The notes under the pieces: generated by a model
Seen by the model: the letters and a program-made list of their open reading frames with translations, nothing else
What the model was told of the DNA's origin: nothing
Databases searched by the model: none
Part shown: positions 1 through 10,496 of the stretch, piece after piece
How positions within the stretch are numbered: the stretch's first letter is position 1
Layout: every line of letters begins with the position of its first letter
Program-made: the position numbers and the translations under genes
Source: Oscillospiraceae bacterium
Lineage (GTDB): Bacteria; Bacillota; Clostridia; Oscillospirales; Ruminococcaceae
Direction of reading: 5' to 3'
NCBI GenBank assembly: GCA_031282245.1
Contig: JAITEB010000035.1
Span: 18,553 to 82,552, forward strand
Length of the DNA: 64,000 bases

Positions 1-494
1 CACCTCTCGTTTTCGGCAAAAGGCGCGTAGCCCGAATCAGAAAGAGCTTTCACCCTCCCGGCGGAATCCCCGAAGCCTTTTGTAAGCATTTCATCAAAGC
101 CGAACGGCTCAAAAAAGTTGTCCGCAAGCGTCAGCAGTTCAGTCAAATAAGTTTCGTTCTCATAATCAGAAGAAATGTCAACGCGCAAAATGCCGTAACC
201 GCTTTCATGCCTGAAAATCTCTATCGTCCCGACAGCCCTGGCTCTGCTTTTGTCAACTATGGCGAATCTTACATATTTGCTTTGCCTGTATTCGAGCAGC
301 CAAAACATTATGCAGTCCCACATTTCTTTGACGCTCAAATAATGAAAATCGCTTGTGCAGTTGTCATAGTTCAAAAAAGTCTTGGGGTCGGAATAACAGG
401 AGAGTAAATCTTCTACGTCTCCAAGAGAAACCTTTCGCAGAAGAAAATTCTCGTTCTCGTAAACTGGACAAACTTCATAAGGATTTGTTTTCAT
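1..494 (-). CDS. GNAT-family N-acetyltransferase (3' end cut by window edge)
   Basis: Open-ended, so absent from the ORF track. My translation from the ATG at 492-494 (minus) gives MKTNPYEVCPVYENENFLLRKVSLGDVEDLLSCYSDPKTF...RFAIVDKSRARAVGTIEIF. GGAGA lies 7 nt upstream. The pattern resembles RimJ/RimL-like GNAT proteins. Confidence 0.5.
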   Translation of the reverse strand, partial: MKTNPYEVCPVYENENFLLRKVSLGDVEDLLSCYSDPKTFLNYDNCTSDFHYLSVKEMWDCIMFWLLEYRQSKYVRFAIVDKSRARAVGTIEIFRHESGYGILRVDISSDYENETYLTELLTLADNFFEPFGFDEMLTKGFGDSAGRVKALSDSGYAPFAENER

Positions 495-558
495 AGCGTT
501 ATCTCCATATGATTTAATCCGTAAAAATCAGGCGCAAGGACTGGTTCTCCCGCGTTAA

Positions 559-1824
559 TCACGCCAACAGCTTTTCGACCGCCGCCAGTTTCGCGCACAG
601 GCAGAATAAATCAATCGCGGCCGCAAGTTCCTCCGGCGACGGGTAAGTCGGCGCAATACGGATATTTGAATCTTTCGGGTCGCGCCCGTAGGGGAAAGTC
701 GCGCCCGCCCCGGTCAGCGCAAGCCCGGCTTCTTTGCAAAGGCGGACGGTCTCTTTTGCCGTGCCCTCCGTCAAGTCAACAGAGATAAAATAGCCGCCGT
801 TGGGCTTTGTCCATCCGGCAATGCCAAGCCCGGCGAAGTTTTTATCCAGCCCTTCCAGAACCGCGCGGAACTTCGGGGCAAGAAGGCTTGCGTGGCGCTT
901 CATGTGCTCGCGGATGTTTTCCGGATTTTTTAAAAAGCGCGCGTGCCGCATCTGGTTCACTTTGTCATAAGAAATAGTCTGATAGAAAATGCTTTTTTCT
1001 ATATCTTTTATATTGGCCTCAGAAGCGATTATAACGCTTACGCCGCCGCCCGCATAGGTTATTTTGGCGGTTGAGGCGAATTCGTAAACCATGTCCGGCT
1101 TCCCGGCGGCTTCACACTCGGTGATAATATTCAGAAGGCTGTCTTCAGCAAAAATATCGTGCGCATAATAGGCGTTGTCCCAGAAAATGCGGAAGTCGGC
1201 GGCCCTGGGGCTCAGCGCGGCAAATTCTTTCACAACCCGGTCAGAATAAGTTACGCCGCCCGGGTTTGAGTATTTCGGCACGCACCAGATGCCTTTTACG
1301 GCTTCGTCGCTCTCGGCGCGCTCGCGGACAAGCGCCATATCGGGGCCTTCTTCGTTCATTGGTATATTAATCATCTCAACGCCAAAATACTCGGTCACGG
1401 CAAAATGCCTGTCATAGCCCGGCACGGGGCACAGGAATTTCACTTTATCCAGCTTCGACCATGGGGTATTGCCCATAATACCCTTTGTATAAGCCCTTGA
1501 AACCGCGTCGAACATCAGGTTCAGGCTGGAATTTCCGCCGACAATTACGTTTTGGGGGCTTACTTCAAACAAATCCGCAAAAAGCTTCCGCGCTTCTGGT
1601 ATGCCGGACAGCATGCCGTAATTGCGCACGTCTCCGCCGGATGAAATATAATCTTCTTTTCCCCAGGGCATGCCGCTCATCCCGTCAGAGAAATCAAGCT
1701 GGCGGGGATTGGGCTTGCCGCGGGACATGTCGAGCTTCAGGTCCTTTTCTTTTGCGGCTTTATACTCTTCTGTCAGAATTGCGTGAAGGGCTTCAAGTTC
1801 CGTTCTGTTCATTTTGTTGTACAT
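559..1824 (-). CDS. PLP-dependent aminotransferase, class I/II fold
   Basis: 421-aa ORF with DMSRGKPNPRQLD near the N-terminus, SKYSNPGG, and an aminotransferase-like length and layout. AAAGGAG lies upstream of the ATG. Confidence 0.75.
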   Translation of the reverse strand: MYNKMNRTELEALHAILTEEYKAAKEKDLKLDMSRGKPNPRQLDFSDGMSGMPWGKEDYISSGGDVRNYGMLSGIPEARKLFADLFEVSPQNVIVGGNSSLNLMFDAVSRAYTKGIMGNTPWSKLDKVKFLCPVPGYDRHFAVTEYFGVEMINIPMNEEGPDMALVRERAESDEAVKGIWCVPKYSNPGGVTYSDRVVKEFAALSPRAADFRIFWDNAYYAHDIFAEDSLLNIITECEAAGKPDMVYEFASTAKITYAGGGVSVIIASEANIKDIEKSIFYQTISYDKVNQMRHARFLKNPENIREHMKRHASLLAPKFRAVLEGLDKNFAGLGIAGWTKPNGGYFISVDLTEGTAKETVRLCKEAGLALTGAGATFPYGRDPKDSNIRIAPTYPSPEELAAAIDLFCLCAKLAAVEKLLA

Positions 1825-1853
1825 GGGAACACACGCTCCTTTGGGATTTTTAT

Positions 1854-2291
1854 CTAGATAGAGTCACGTAATTTCATCAAAATTTTTCCAAGATGATTCT
1901 GTCCGGTGATTTTTTGGCACTTGGGACAATCGCAGTCGCCCCAAAAATTGTCATGCCAGCTATTGCCCTCTATCAGTTCTGCGGAACCTGTGGCAAGCAG
2001 CTTTTCTCTAAGCTGCGGATTCTGCTCGAATTTCAGCCTGACAATTTTTGACATCACATCAAGCCTGACAAATTCCCAATCCGGTTTCAGCAAAACTTGC
2101 CTGCCTTTTTTCTTGGCTTTAACGGCATCCAGATACTGAAACTGCTCCCGCTCGCCCGCCAAGGCGCATTTAAATGCCTGAAAAGCTGCTTCTGAGCTGA
2201 GGAATATAAGATTATCAACGCTAATCGTGCAGGGGTAAAAGTTGCTTAAAAATTCGTAATTTCCACGGAAACGGGAGATTTTGTTTCCCAT
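1854..2291 (-). CDS. NADAR (YbiA/DUF1768) family protein
   Basis: 145 aa. FRGNYEFLSNFYPC...SSEAAFQAFKC...GNSWHDNFWG is the typical NADAR signature. AAGGAGG RBS. Confidence 0.8.
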   Translation of the reverse strand: MGNKISRFRGNYEFLSNFYPCTISVDNLIFLSSEAAFQAFKCALAGEREQFQYLDAVKAKKKGRQVLLKPDWEFVRLDVMSKIVRLKFEQNPQLREKLLATGSAELIEGNSWHDNFWGDCDCPKCQKITGQNHLGKILMKLRDSI

Positions 2292-2296
2292 TACTT

Positions 2297-3076
2297 CTAT
2301 GCCTCCTTCTTGATGCCTTCCACATCCAACGTCACATAGTCAAATCCCAGCCCTTTGATTTTCTTCACGATCTTTTGGGAACAGACCGCAAGCTGCTGGA
2401 ACTGATTGGACTGTATCTCTATTATAACAATATTGTCGCGGATCTTCATGATAACCGGCTCAAATCCCAAATCCTGTAAAAAGTTTTCCCCGCGCTGAAT
2501 TTTCTTGGTGAGCGCGGGTGTGATTTCCGTCCCCTTCCCGATTCTCTCCGTCAGATAGCTCGCCGAACTGCGCCCGGTCATGGGGATCTTCAGCTCCTCC
2601 GCAATCTCTATCGCCAATTCGTCGTCAATGCAAAGATCCGCCAAAGGCGTCCTTATGTTCATCTCTGTAAGTACTTTAAGCCATGCGCAGCCGTCCATCA
2701 AATCATCGACGTTTGTCCCGTCCGTCAGAAGGCCAAGCCCGTTCTGGTTCGCGTACAGCTTCATTTTGGCGTACATGGAGTAGCGGCTTTTGTAAAGGCT
2801 GTCTCGGTGGTTTTTGAGGATAAGCCTGTTTTCGGCTTCGCTCAGTTCAAAAACCTTGTGCGGCACTCCGACGGCCTTGGAAAGCTTTTTTGCGTCCCGC
2901 ATCTCCACCGCCGAATGCAAAGCGGTTTTAAACGTCACCGCATGGACGTTCATTTTAGCCATTGCGGCGGTTCTCAAAATAACTGCGCTGCACAAGCCGC
3001 CCGAAAACGCAACGCAGATTCCCTTGCGGCCATAGTCTTTAAAATAATCAATAAGTTCTGAAACAATGTCACTCAT
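2297..3076 (-). CDS. LarE/TIGR00268-like PP-loop ATP pyrophosphatase family protein (non-canonical PP-loop)
   Basis: 259 aa. The N-terminal VAFSGGLCS loop sits at the PP-loop position. The C-terminal LGFDYVTLDVEG matches the LarE-type LGFRYVTLDLGG. Confidence 0.65.
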   Translation of the reverse strand: MSDIVSELIDYFKDYGRKGICVAFSGGLCSAVILRTAAMAKMNVHAVTFKTALHSAVEMRDAKKLSKAVGVPHKVFELSEAENRLILKNHRDSLYKSRYSMYAKMKLYANQNGLGLLTDGTNVDDLMDGCAWLKVLTEMNIRTPLADLCIDDELAIEIAEELKIPMTGRSSASYLTERIGKGTEITPALTKKIQRGENFLQDLGFEPVIMKIRDNIVIIEIQSNQFQQLAVCSQKIVKKIKGLGFDYVTLDVEGIKKEA

Positions 3077-3155
3077 ATGGGCAGACCCCCCTAGTGTCTT
3101 ATGTGTTGAAAAAAAAACAAAATTTTACCGGGCGGCGGGCCGTCCCCCCCCAGGC

Positions 3156-4550
3156 CTAAAACTCCGCCGAACCCGTCGTCCTGGGAAAGGGCAAAACGTC
3201 CCGTATATTCGCCATGCCGCTGATATACATAATCAGCCGCTCAAAACCCAAACCAAAGCCAGCATGCTTCACGCTTCCAAAACGCCGCAGATCAAGATAC
3301 CATTCGTAATCGCCGGCTTTCATGCCCCGCTCTTCCATGGCGGCAATCAGATAATCCAGCCGCTCTTCTCTCTGACTTCCGCCGATAAGCTCGCCAATTC
3401 CCGGCACAAGTAGATCCATTGCCGCGACGGTTCTTTTGTCCTCGTTCAGGCGCATGTAAAAAGCTTTGATCTCCTTAGGATAATTTATCACAAAGACAGG
3501 CTTTTTGTAAACAGTCTCCGTCAAATATCTTTCGTGCTCGGTCTGCAAATCGCAGCCCCAAAAAGCTTTGTACTCAAAATTCGCGTTATTTTCTTCAAGA
3601 GTTTTTACAGCTTCTGTGTAGTCCAGGCGGCCAAAATCCGACTTCAGCACGTTATCTAGCCTGTCCGTAATCCCCGCGTCAATAAATTTGTTGAAAAAAG
3701 CCATTTCGTCCGGACAGGCGTCAAGAACGTATTTTATAACATATTTTACCATGTCCTCGGCAAGGCGCATGTCGTCGTCAATATCCGCAAAAGCAATCTC
3801 CGGTTCTATCATCCAGAACTCGGCCGCATGGCGCTGCGTGTATGAGCGCTCTGCGCGAAACGTCGGCCCAAAGGTGTAAATGCTGTCCAGAGCGGAGGCC
3901 ATAGCTTCTCCCTCAAGCTGGCCTGTCACGGTCAGGCCGGTAAGCTTGCCGAAAAAATCCTGGGCGAAATCGACTTCGCCCTCGGGCGTAAGCGGCGGGG
4001 ACTTTGGGTCAAGAGTGGTGACGCGGAACATCTCTCCCGCGCCTTCGCCGTCATTGGCGGTAATAAGCGGCGTGTGGACGTAAACAAAGCCCCGGCTGTT
4101 GAAAAAGCTGTGGATTGCGAAAGCCGCCGCCGACCGCAGCCGGAACACGGCGCTGAAAGTGTTCGTCCTTGGACGAAGGTGCGCGACTGTCCGCAGGAAT
4201 TCCATGGAGTGGCGTTTTTTCTGCATGGGGTAATCCGGCGCCGAAAGACCCTCGGTCTCTATCGAAATAGCGCTTATCTCAAAGGGCTGTCTGGCTTCCG
4301 GGGTAAGCACAAGAACCCCGCGGATTTTCAGCGCGGAGCCGACGTTGTATTTTGAGACTTCTTTAAAATTTTCTATTTTATCTTCTTCAAAAACGACCTG
4401 AACCCCCCGGAACGCCGTCCCATCGTTCAGCTCAATAAAACCAAGCTTTTTGGAGCTTCTGATTGTCCTTACCCAGCCGCAGATATAAATTTCTTTTTGA
4501 GAAAAAGATCCGGCGTTTTCCAGCAACTTTGCTATTTTAACGCGTTCCAT
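3156..4550 (-). CDS. asnS: Asparagine--tRNA ligase
   Basis: Class IIb aaRS motifs are present ([14 protein letters not shown]-terminal PRTTGSAEF). I moved the start to MERVKIAK, where GGAGGT lies 8 nt upstream, rather than the track start at 4565. Confidence 0.92.
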   Translation of the reverse strand: MERVKIAKLLENAGSFSQKEIYICGWVRTIRSSKKLGFIELNDGTAFRGVQVVFEEDKIENFKEVSKYNVGSALKIRGVLVLTPEARQPFEISAISIETEGLSAPDYPMQKKRHSMEFLRTVAHLRPRTNTFSAVFRLRSAAAFAIHSFFNSRGFVYVHTPLITANDGEGAGEMFRVTTLDPKSPPLTPEGEVDFAQDFFGKLTGLTVTGQLEGEAMASALDSIYTFGPTFRAERSYTQRHAAEFWMIEPEIAFADIDDDMRLAEDMVKYVIKYVLDACPDEMAFFNKFIDAGITDRLDNVLKSDFGRLDYTEAVKTLEENNANFEYKAFWGCDLQTEHERYLTETVYKKPVFVINYPKEIKAFYMRLNEDKRTVAAMDLLVPGIGELIGGSQREERLDYLIAAMEERGMKAGDYEWYLDLRRFGSVKHAGFGLGFERLIMYISGMANIRDVLPFPRTTGSAEF

Positions 4551-4786
4551 AAGCCCTACCTCCATAAACTATCGGAATTTTACCCCTGCTTCAAGCGCCA
4601 AAACCAATTTGAGCTGTACTGTCCTGCTTATTATATTACATAATTTCAGTTATAACAATAGCCTAAAAGCGATTTTTCGGGACAAATGCGCCAAATAAAC
4701 GGCGGCCGCTCTGAAGCGGCATAATCGCGTTTTCCCGCCATACCGCAAAAAAGTAAGCGTTTTTCCGCGATTTCCGCCCTTTCCGC

Positions 4787-4815
4787 TTGTATATTTAAAT
4801 AAAAAGTGTTATATT
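4787..4815 (+). promoter_or_regulatory. Candidate sigmaA promoter for recJ-relA (TTGTAT-17-TATATT with extended TGT)
   Basis: TTGTAT at 4787-4792, a 17-nt spacer, and TGTTATATT at 4807-4815, about 30 nt upstream of the recJ start. Confidence 0.35.
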
Positions 4816-4844
4816 AAAGTTTATATGATGGGAGTGGTGTTGCC

Positions 4845-6884
4845 TTGAGCATAAAACGAATATCTATAAAGTCTTATAAGCCCGAAACGGCTGCTGGAAT
4901 TTCCCGGGAACTGGGGATTAATCCGTTCCTGGCGGAAGTTCTTGCGGCACGCGGTTTTGATTCGCCTCAAGCCGCGCTGGATTTTTTGCGGGAAGGCAAA
5001 CTCGGCGACCCATTTGAGCTTGCGGATATGGACAAAGCCGCCGGACGCGTGGCGCTTGCTTTGGAGAACGGAGAAAAAATCTGCGTCTACGGCGACTACG
5101 ATTCAGACGGAGTTTGCTCCGTCGCCCTGCTTATGCTTTATTTCACCTCAATGGACGCAAACGCGTTTTATTATGTGCCGGAGCGCGAGGAGGGTTATGG
5201 CCTGAACAAAAAAGCCGTCGAAAAAATCGCCGCCCAGGGCGCAAATTTGATAATAACGGTTGACAACGGCATCTCCGCCTTTGAAGAGGCGGAGCTTGCC
5301 GCCGCGCTTGGGCTTGACCTGATTATTACCGACCACCACCAGGCGCATGAAACCCTTCCAAAAGCCGTCGCCGTGCTTGACCCTCACCGGCCGGACTGCC
5401 CCAGCGCATATAAAGACCTGTGCGGCGCCGGCGTCGCTTTAAAGCTTCTTGCCGCGCTGGAGGGTTCTTATGAGCTTCTTCTGGAAAACTTCGCCGACAT
5501 TCTGGCCGTCGCCACTATAGGGGATATTGTCCCGCTGGCGGGCGAAAACAGGTTTTTAGTGAGAGAAGGCCTGCGCCGCCTGCGCTGTACCGGCAACGCC
5601 GGGCTTGCCGCCCTGATTGAACTTCTGGGAACCGGCGAGAAGCTGGACGCGCGGACAGTCGCTTTCACGATTGTCCCGCATATAAACGCGGCGGGAAGAC
5701 TGGGCAGCGCGGAAACCGCCCTGCGGCTTCTTCTTGCGGAAAACCCGGAGGAAGCGGCGGAGCTTGCCGCAAAGCTTCACGAAATTAACCTCATGCGCCA
5801 GAGTATAGAAATTTCTATCAAAAACGACATAGAGGACGAGATCGCGCAACGCCCGCGCCTGATTTACGACAGCGTGCTGACAATCGCCCGCGAGGGCTGG
5901 AATCACGGCGTTATAGGCATAAGCGCCTCCCATGTGGTGGAGCGCTGGTCAAAGCCCTGCTTTTTGTTCGGCGTGAAGGACGGTATAGCCACCGGTTCCG
6001 GCCGTGGCGTGGAGGGCGTTTCGCTTTTCGAGCTGCTCTGCGATTCCGGCGACCTGATTATAAAATACGGCGGCCATGAAAAAGCCGCGGGGCTTACCCT
6101 GGAAGAGAAAAAGCTTCCCGCCCTGACCGAGCGTTTTAACGCTTATATAACTTCGCGCTGCAAAGCGATGCCTGTCGACGGAATTTCCGCCGATATCTGC
6201 GCAAAGCCTTGTCAGCTGACTGTGGAAAATGTGAAAAGCCTTGACCTTCTGCGGCCTTTTGGCTGCGACAACGACGAAGTTTTAATTATGCTGCAAGGTT
6301 GTGTCCTTAGGGAAATTGCGCCGCTGTCCGGCGGGAAATATTCCCGGCTTCGCTTTGACTGCGGAGGAGAAAGCGTCAGTATTTTGGATTTTTCCCGTCC
6401 TGCGGCGGAATTTTCTTATAAAAAATATGAAAAACTTGATTTAATAGTAAAATCTGGTATCAATATATATAATAACAGAGAAAGCGTCTCGCTAAAGCTT
6501 GTTTATGCCCGCCTTTCCGGTTTCGACAGTGAGACTTACTTCAAAAGCCGCTGGATTTTCGACAGGTTCATGCGCGGCGAGATCATGAGCGAAGACGAAA
6601 AGCTTTATATAATACCGGACAGGGACTTTATCTCGAAAGTCTACAGGTTTTTAAAATCGGGCGGCGGTTTTGCTTTCGGCTATGAGAGGCTTGCGGAATA
6701 TATGGGAAATTACGCAAAAATGCGGCTTTCCCTGCTGGTTCTCAAAGAATTCAGGCTTATTTCCGCAGAAAAGAAGCCTGGCGGCGAGACAGCCATAAAA
6801 ATCATTCCCGGCGCGGCAAAAATAAAACTTGAAGATTCCGCGATATTAGACAAACTCAGAAATATGAAATGCAGGGAGGGATAA
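4845..6884 (+). CDS. recJ: Single-stranded-DNA-specific exonuclease RecJ
   Basis: 679 aa with the DHH family motifs (YGDYDSDG, ITVDNG, ITDHHQ) and GGHEKAAG (DHHA1). TTG start with GGGAG upstream. Confidence 0.9.
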   Translation: MSIKRISIKSYKPETAAGISRELGINPFLAEVLAARGFDSPQAALDFLREGKLGDPFELADMDKAAGRVALALENGEKICVYGDYDSDGVCSVALLMLYFTSMDANAFYYVPEREEGYGLNKKAVEKIAAQGANLIITVDNGISAFEEAELAAALGLDLIITDHHQAHETLPKAVAVLDPHRPDCPSAYKDLCGAGVALKLLAALEGSYELLLENFADILAVATIGDIVPLAGENRFLVREGLRRLRCTGNAGLAALIELLGTGEKLDARTVAFTIVPHINAAGRLGSAETALRLLLAENPEEAAELAAKLHEINLMRQSIEISIKNDIEDEIAQRPRLIYDSVLTIAREGWNHGVIGISASHVVERWSKPCFLFGVKDGIATGSGRGVEGVSLFELLCDSGDLIIKYGGHEKAAGLTLEEKKLPALTERFNAYITSRCKAMPVDGISADICAKPCQLTVENVKSLDLLRPFGCDNDEVLIMLQGCVLREIAPLSGGKYSRLRFDCGGESVSILDFSRPAAEFSYKKYEKLDLIVKSGINIYNNRESVSLKLVYARLSGFDSETYFKSRWIFDRFMRGEIMSEDEKLYIIPDRDFISKVYRFLKSGGGFAFGYERLAEYMGNYAKMRLSLLVLKEFRLISAEKKPGGETAIKIIPGAAKIKLEDSAILDKLRNMKCREG

Positions 6885-6887
6885 CAA

Positions 6888-9089
6888 ATGTCCGGCACCG
6901 GAAGCACAAGCCTATCCGACCTTTTGGAAAAAATCAACACTAGCGACAAGCAGTACGACGCGGCGCTCATCACAAAGGCTTATGCCGTCGCCGCCCAGTC
7001 CCATCTTGGGCAAAAGCGCAAGTCCGGTGAGCCTTATATTGTCCATCCCCTTTCCGTCGCGATGATTCTGCTTGATTTGGGGATGGATACGGAGTCCATT
7101 GCCGCCGCCATTCTGCACGACGTCGTGGAAGACAACAAAGACGTTCCCCTGGAGGAAATCCGGCAGATGTTCGGCGGCAATATAGCCGTGCTTGTGGACG
7201 GCGTTACAAAAATAACGCAGCTTGCCGGAACCCAGACCTACAAAGAAAAGCAGGCCCAGCGCGAACACCAGCAGGCCGAGAATATCCGCAAAATGTTTCT
7301 GGCCATGAACAAGGACATCCGGGTAATTATTATCAAGCTTGCGGACAGAATCCACAATATGCGCACCCTTGAGGCCCAAACGCCGGAAGCGCAGATGCGT
7401 ATATCAAAAGAAACCCTGGAGGTTTACGCGCCCATAGCGCACCGTTTGGGCATACGGCAATTTAAAGAAGAACTTGAAGACGCCGCTCTGCAATATCTGG
7501 ATCATTTTGTCTATAAAGAAATCACAGACCATCTGGCTTTGAAACACGACGAACGGGAAAAACTGCTTGAATCCATAAAAGAGAAAATCCACGAGCGCCT
7601 TGAGGGCGCAAACGTTGAGGCCAATATCACCGCGCGCGTCAAGAGCGTTTATGGCATTTACCGCAAGACGTATTTGCAGGGGAAAAATTTTGACGAAATC
7701 TATGATATTTACGCAGTGCGGGTTATCGTCAACGACATGTCGGAATGCTACACTGTTCTGGGGCTTATGCACGACACTTTCAAGCCTATACCGAACCGCC
7801 TCAAAGATTATATTTCTCTTCCCAAGCCCAACATGTACCAGTCGCTGCACACAACTGTTCTGGGTAAAGAGGGCGTGCCGTTTGAGATTCAAATCCGGAC
7901 ATGGGAAATGCATTATACGGCCGAATACGGGATAGCGGCTCACTGGAAATATAAGGCCGGAATTGAAAGCGCGGAAAATCTGCAGAAAAAGACGCTCTGG
8001 ATTCAGCAGCTTTTAGAAGCGCAGGACGACGCGGAAGAAATCAAGCAAATCATAAAGACCGATCTGACCCTGGAAGAAGTCTTTGTGCTGACCCCAAAAG
8101 GCGACGCAATACCTCTGCCCACGGGTTCCACAGTGATAGACTTTGCGTACTCCATACACAGCGAAATAGGAAATCACATTTCCGGCGCAAAGGCCGACGG
8201 ACATATTGTGCCGATTACTCACGAGCTGCAAACCGGCGAAGTCATAGAAGTTCTCACCAGCCGGAACGCCGCGCCGTCCCGCGACTGGCTGGATATTGCC
8301 AAAACAAGCAATGCCAGAGGCAAAATCCGCGCGTGGTTCAAGCGGGAAAAGCGCGAGGAAAACATTATAGCAGGCCGCGAAGAACTCGAACGGGAATTCA
8401 AGCGCAATCTGATCTCGTTCTCCGGCGAGGAAAAGCTTGCTGAATTCGTCGCTGAGCTGGCCCGAAAACAGCGCTTTGGAAGCGCCGAGGATTTATATGC
8501 CGCTATCGGCTACGGCGGCTTGAAGCTCAGCAATTTTATGCAGAAAATCCGGGAGGATTACGAAAAACGCGACAAAACCCCGGAAGAGCTGGACAGAGAA
8601 GCCCTTGAGTCCGCCGAAAAAAAACAGTCGCAGACAAAAAAAGGCGTTTCCGGCGGCGTTGTTATAGAAGGCGTTGACAACGCGCTGGTTAAATACGCCC
8701 AATGCTGCAACCCCGTCCCGGGCGACAGGATTATCGCGTTTATAACGCGCGGCCACGGCTTTGCGGTTCACAAGCAGGACTGCCCCAACTTTGAAAACAG
8801 CACTCAGCCCGAGCGCTGGCACCTCGCGCGCTGGGCGGAAGGCGTGCGCGAAAGCTACCGAATTATTATAGAACTTATCGCCTATGACAGGCCGGGTCTT
8901 GTTTCGGACGTCACCACCCAGCTAAATAATATGCATGTCCAGATTGAGGAACTGCAGGTGAAAGTCAGCGGCCAAATCGTGAAAATGCTCTGCACCGCCG
9001 CGATCTCCAATCTGGATCAATTGCAGGCTGTCTGCAACTCTCTTAAAAAAATAAGCGGTGTTATTTCCGCAGTGCGAACCGGGAAATAA
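6888..9089 (+). CDS. relA: Bifunctional (p)ppGpp synthetase/hydrolase (RelA/SpoT homologue)
   Basis: 733 aa with an HD hydrolase domain (HPLSVA...HDVVED), a synthetase domain (YRSLHT-like QSLHTTV, EIQIRT), and TGS and ACT regions. Confidence 0.92.
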   Translation: MSGTGSTSLSDLLEKINTSDKQYDAALITKAYAVAAQSHLGQKRKSGEPYIVHPLSVAMILLDLGMDTESIAAAILHDVVEDNKDVPLEEIRQMFGGNIAVLVDGVTKITQLAGTQTYKEKQAQREHQQAENIRKMFLAMNKDIRVIIIKLADRIHNMRTLEAQTPEAQMRISKETLEVYAPIAHRLGIRQFKEELEDAALQYLDHFVYKEITDHLALKHDEREKLLESIKEKIHERLEGANVEANITARVKSVYGIYRKTYLQGKNFDEIYDIYAVRVIVNDMSECYTVLGLMHDTFKPIPNRLKDYISLPKPNMYQSLHTTVLGKEGVPFEIQIRTWEMHYTAEYGIAAHWKYKAGIESAENLQKKTLWIQQLLEAQDDAEEIKQIIKTDLTLEEVFVLTPKGDAIPLPTGSTVIDFAYSIHSEIGNHISGAKADGHIVPITHELQTGEVIEVLTSRNAAPSRDWLDIAKTSNARGKIRAWFKREKREENIIAGREELEREFKRNLISFSGEEKLAEFVAELARKQRFGSAEDLYAAIGYGGLKLSNFMQKIREDYEKRDKTPEELDREALESAEKKQSQTKKGVSGGVVIEGVDNALVKYAQCCNPVPGDRIIAFITRGHGFAVHKQDCPNFENSTQPERWHLARWAEGVRESYRIIIELIAYDRPGLVSDVTTQLNNMHVQIEELQVKVSGQIVKMLCTAAISNLDQLQAVCNSLKKISGVISAVRTGK

Positions 9090-9134
9090 ACTTGCGTTCT
9101 TGATTTCAAATTTTATCAAAAAGGAGAGCGGAAA

Positions 9135-10322
9135 ATGCAATACAGGAAAGACAGAAAAACGGGAAACGATTTATCCGTCCTCGGTTTCGGATGCATGCGC
9201 TTCCCGCCCGATCTCAGAGAAAGCGAAAGACTTGTTGTCAAAGCCGTGGAAAGCGGCGTAAATTATTTTGACACAGCTTATATATATCCGGGAAGCGAGG
9301 AAAAACTGGGCAGAATCCTTGCGGACAACGGCCTGCGGGATAAAATTAACATAGCCACAAAACTCCCGATTTTTCTGTGCAGGGGCGGGCAGGACTTTGA
9401 CCGCTTTTTCGCAAAGCAGCTTGAGCGGCTGAAAACTGACTATATCGACTATTATCTCCTGCACAACATATCAGACATGTCCCAATGGGAAAAACTGCGC
9501 GGCTGGGGCGTTGACAAGTGGCTTGACCAAAAAAAGGCGGGCGGGGCGATCCGCCGGGCGGGATTTTCGTTCCACGGCGCTTATCACGATTTTGAGAGCC
9601 TTATTGACGCGTATGACTGGGATTTCTGCCAAATCCAGTATAATTATTCCGACGAGAACTATCAGGCCGGTGTAAGCGGCCTTCGCAAGGCGGCTGAAAA
9701 GGGGCTTTCCGTCGTGATTATGGAACCTCTTCTGGGCGGGAAGCTGGCCGACCGTCTGCCGCCCAAAGCCGCCGAGGTCTTTAAAAAGGCCGATCCTTCG
9801 CTTTCGCCCGCCGCATGGGCGCTGCGGTGGCTGTGGAACCAGCCGGAAGTCACTGTCGTTCTTTCCGGTATGAATGCCGAAAGCCAGCTTTTGGAGAACA
9901 TAGAAACATCCGGCGGCATATCTGTCGGCGGTCTGAACGCCGGAGAAAAAGCGGCTTTTGAAGAAGTGCGGCTTATTTTCAGGAAACTGAACAAAATTCC
10001 CTGCACGGGCTGCCGCTACTGTATGCCCTGTCCGCAGCACGTGAACATTCCCGCCTGCTTTGCGGCTTATAACGCCTCTTTCTCAATAGACAGGGCCGCA
10101 GGTCTGCAGCAGTACCGCACAAGCACCGCCCCGACGTCCGATCGGGAGAGCGGCGCGGGGCGCTGTATAGGCTGCGGCAAATGCGAGCGGCACTGTCCGC
10201 AGAATATCAAAATCCGGGAGCGGCTTAAGCTTGTGCGCAAACGGCTTGAGCCGTGGTGGTACAGCGCTTTTCTTAAAGCCGGGCGGTTTGCGCTCGGGCT
10301 TGGCGGAAAATCCGGGAAATAA
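9135..10322 (+). CDS. Aldo/keto reductase with C-terminal 4Fe-4S cluster-binding domain
   Basis: 395 aa. The N-terminus is AKR-like (LSVLGFGCMRF, NYFDTAYIYPGSE). The C-terminus carries CTGCRYCMPCP and CIGCGKCERHCP ferredoxin-type motifs. Confidence 0.8.
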   Translation: MQYRKDRKTGNDLSVLGFGCMRFPPDLRESERLVVKAVESGVNYFDTAYIYPGSEEKLGRILADNGLRDKINIATKLPIFLCRGGQDFDRFFAKQLERLKTDYIDYYLLHNISDMSQWEKLRGWGVDKWLDQKKAGGAIRRAGFSFHGAYHDFESLIDAYDWDFCQIQYNYSDENYQAGVSGLRKAAEKGLSVVIMEPLLGGKLADRLPPKAAEVFKKADPSLSPAAWALRWLWNQPEVTVVLSGMNAESQLLENIETSGGISVGGLNAGEKAAFEEVRLIFRKLNKIPCTGCRYCMPCPQHVNIPACFAAYNASFSIDRAAGLQQYRTSTAPTSDRESGAGRCIGCGKCERHCPQNIKIRERLKLVRKRLEPWWYSAFLKAGRFALGLGGKSGK

Positions 10323-10496
10323 CGGCACGGCTCCAGCAGGCACATGTTTTGCGCCTGTTCATGCTTTGATAGATTTTAATAAAAAAATATATTGTTTTTT
10401 TGTATATATTCCAATTGTTTTTTTCAGGGAAATGCTGTAAAATCATTCTTGGTTTATTTTATTTATTTTAATTTAGCGCAAACAGGGAGGGCAACC

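Noticed and set aside
10323-10496. Looked for a LexA (Cheo-type GAAC-N4-GTTC) box upstream of uvrB.
   Set aside because: No such motif is visible in the spacer. I could not support an SOS-box call.
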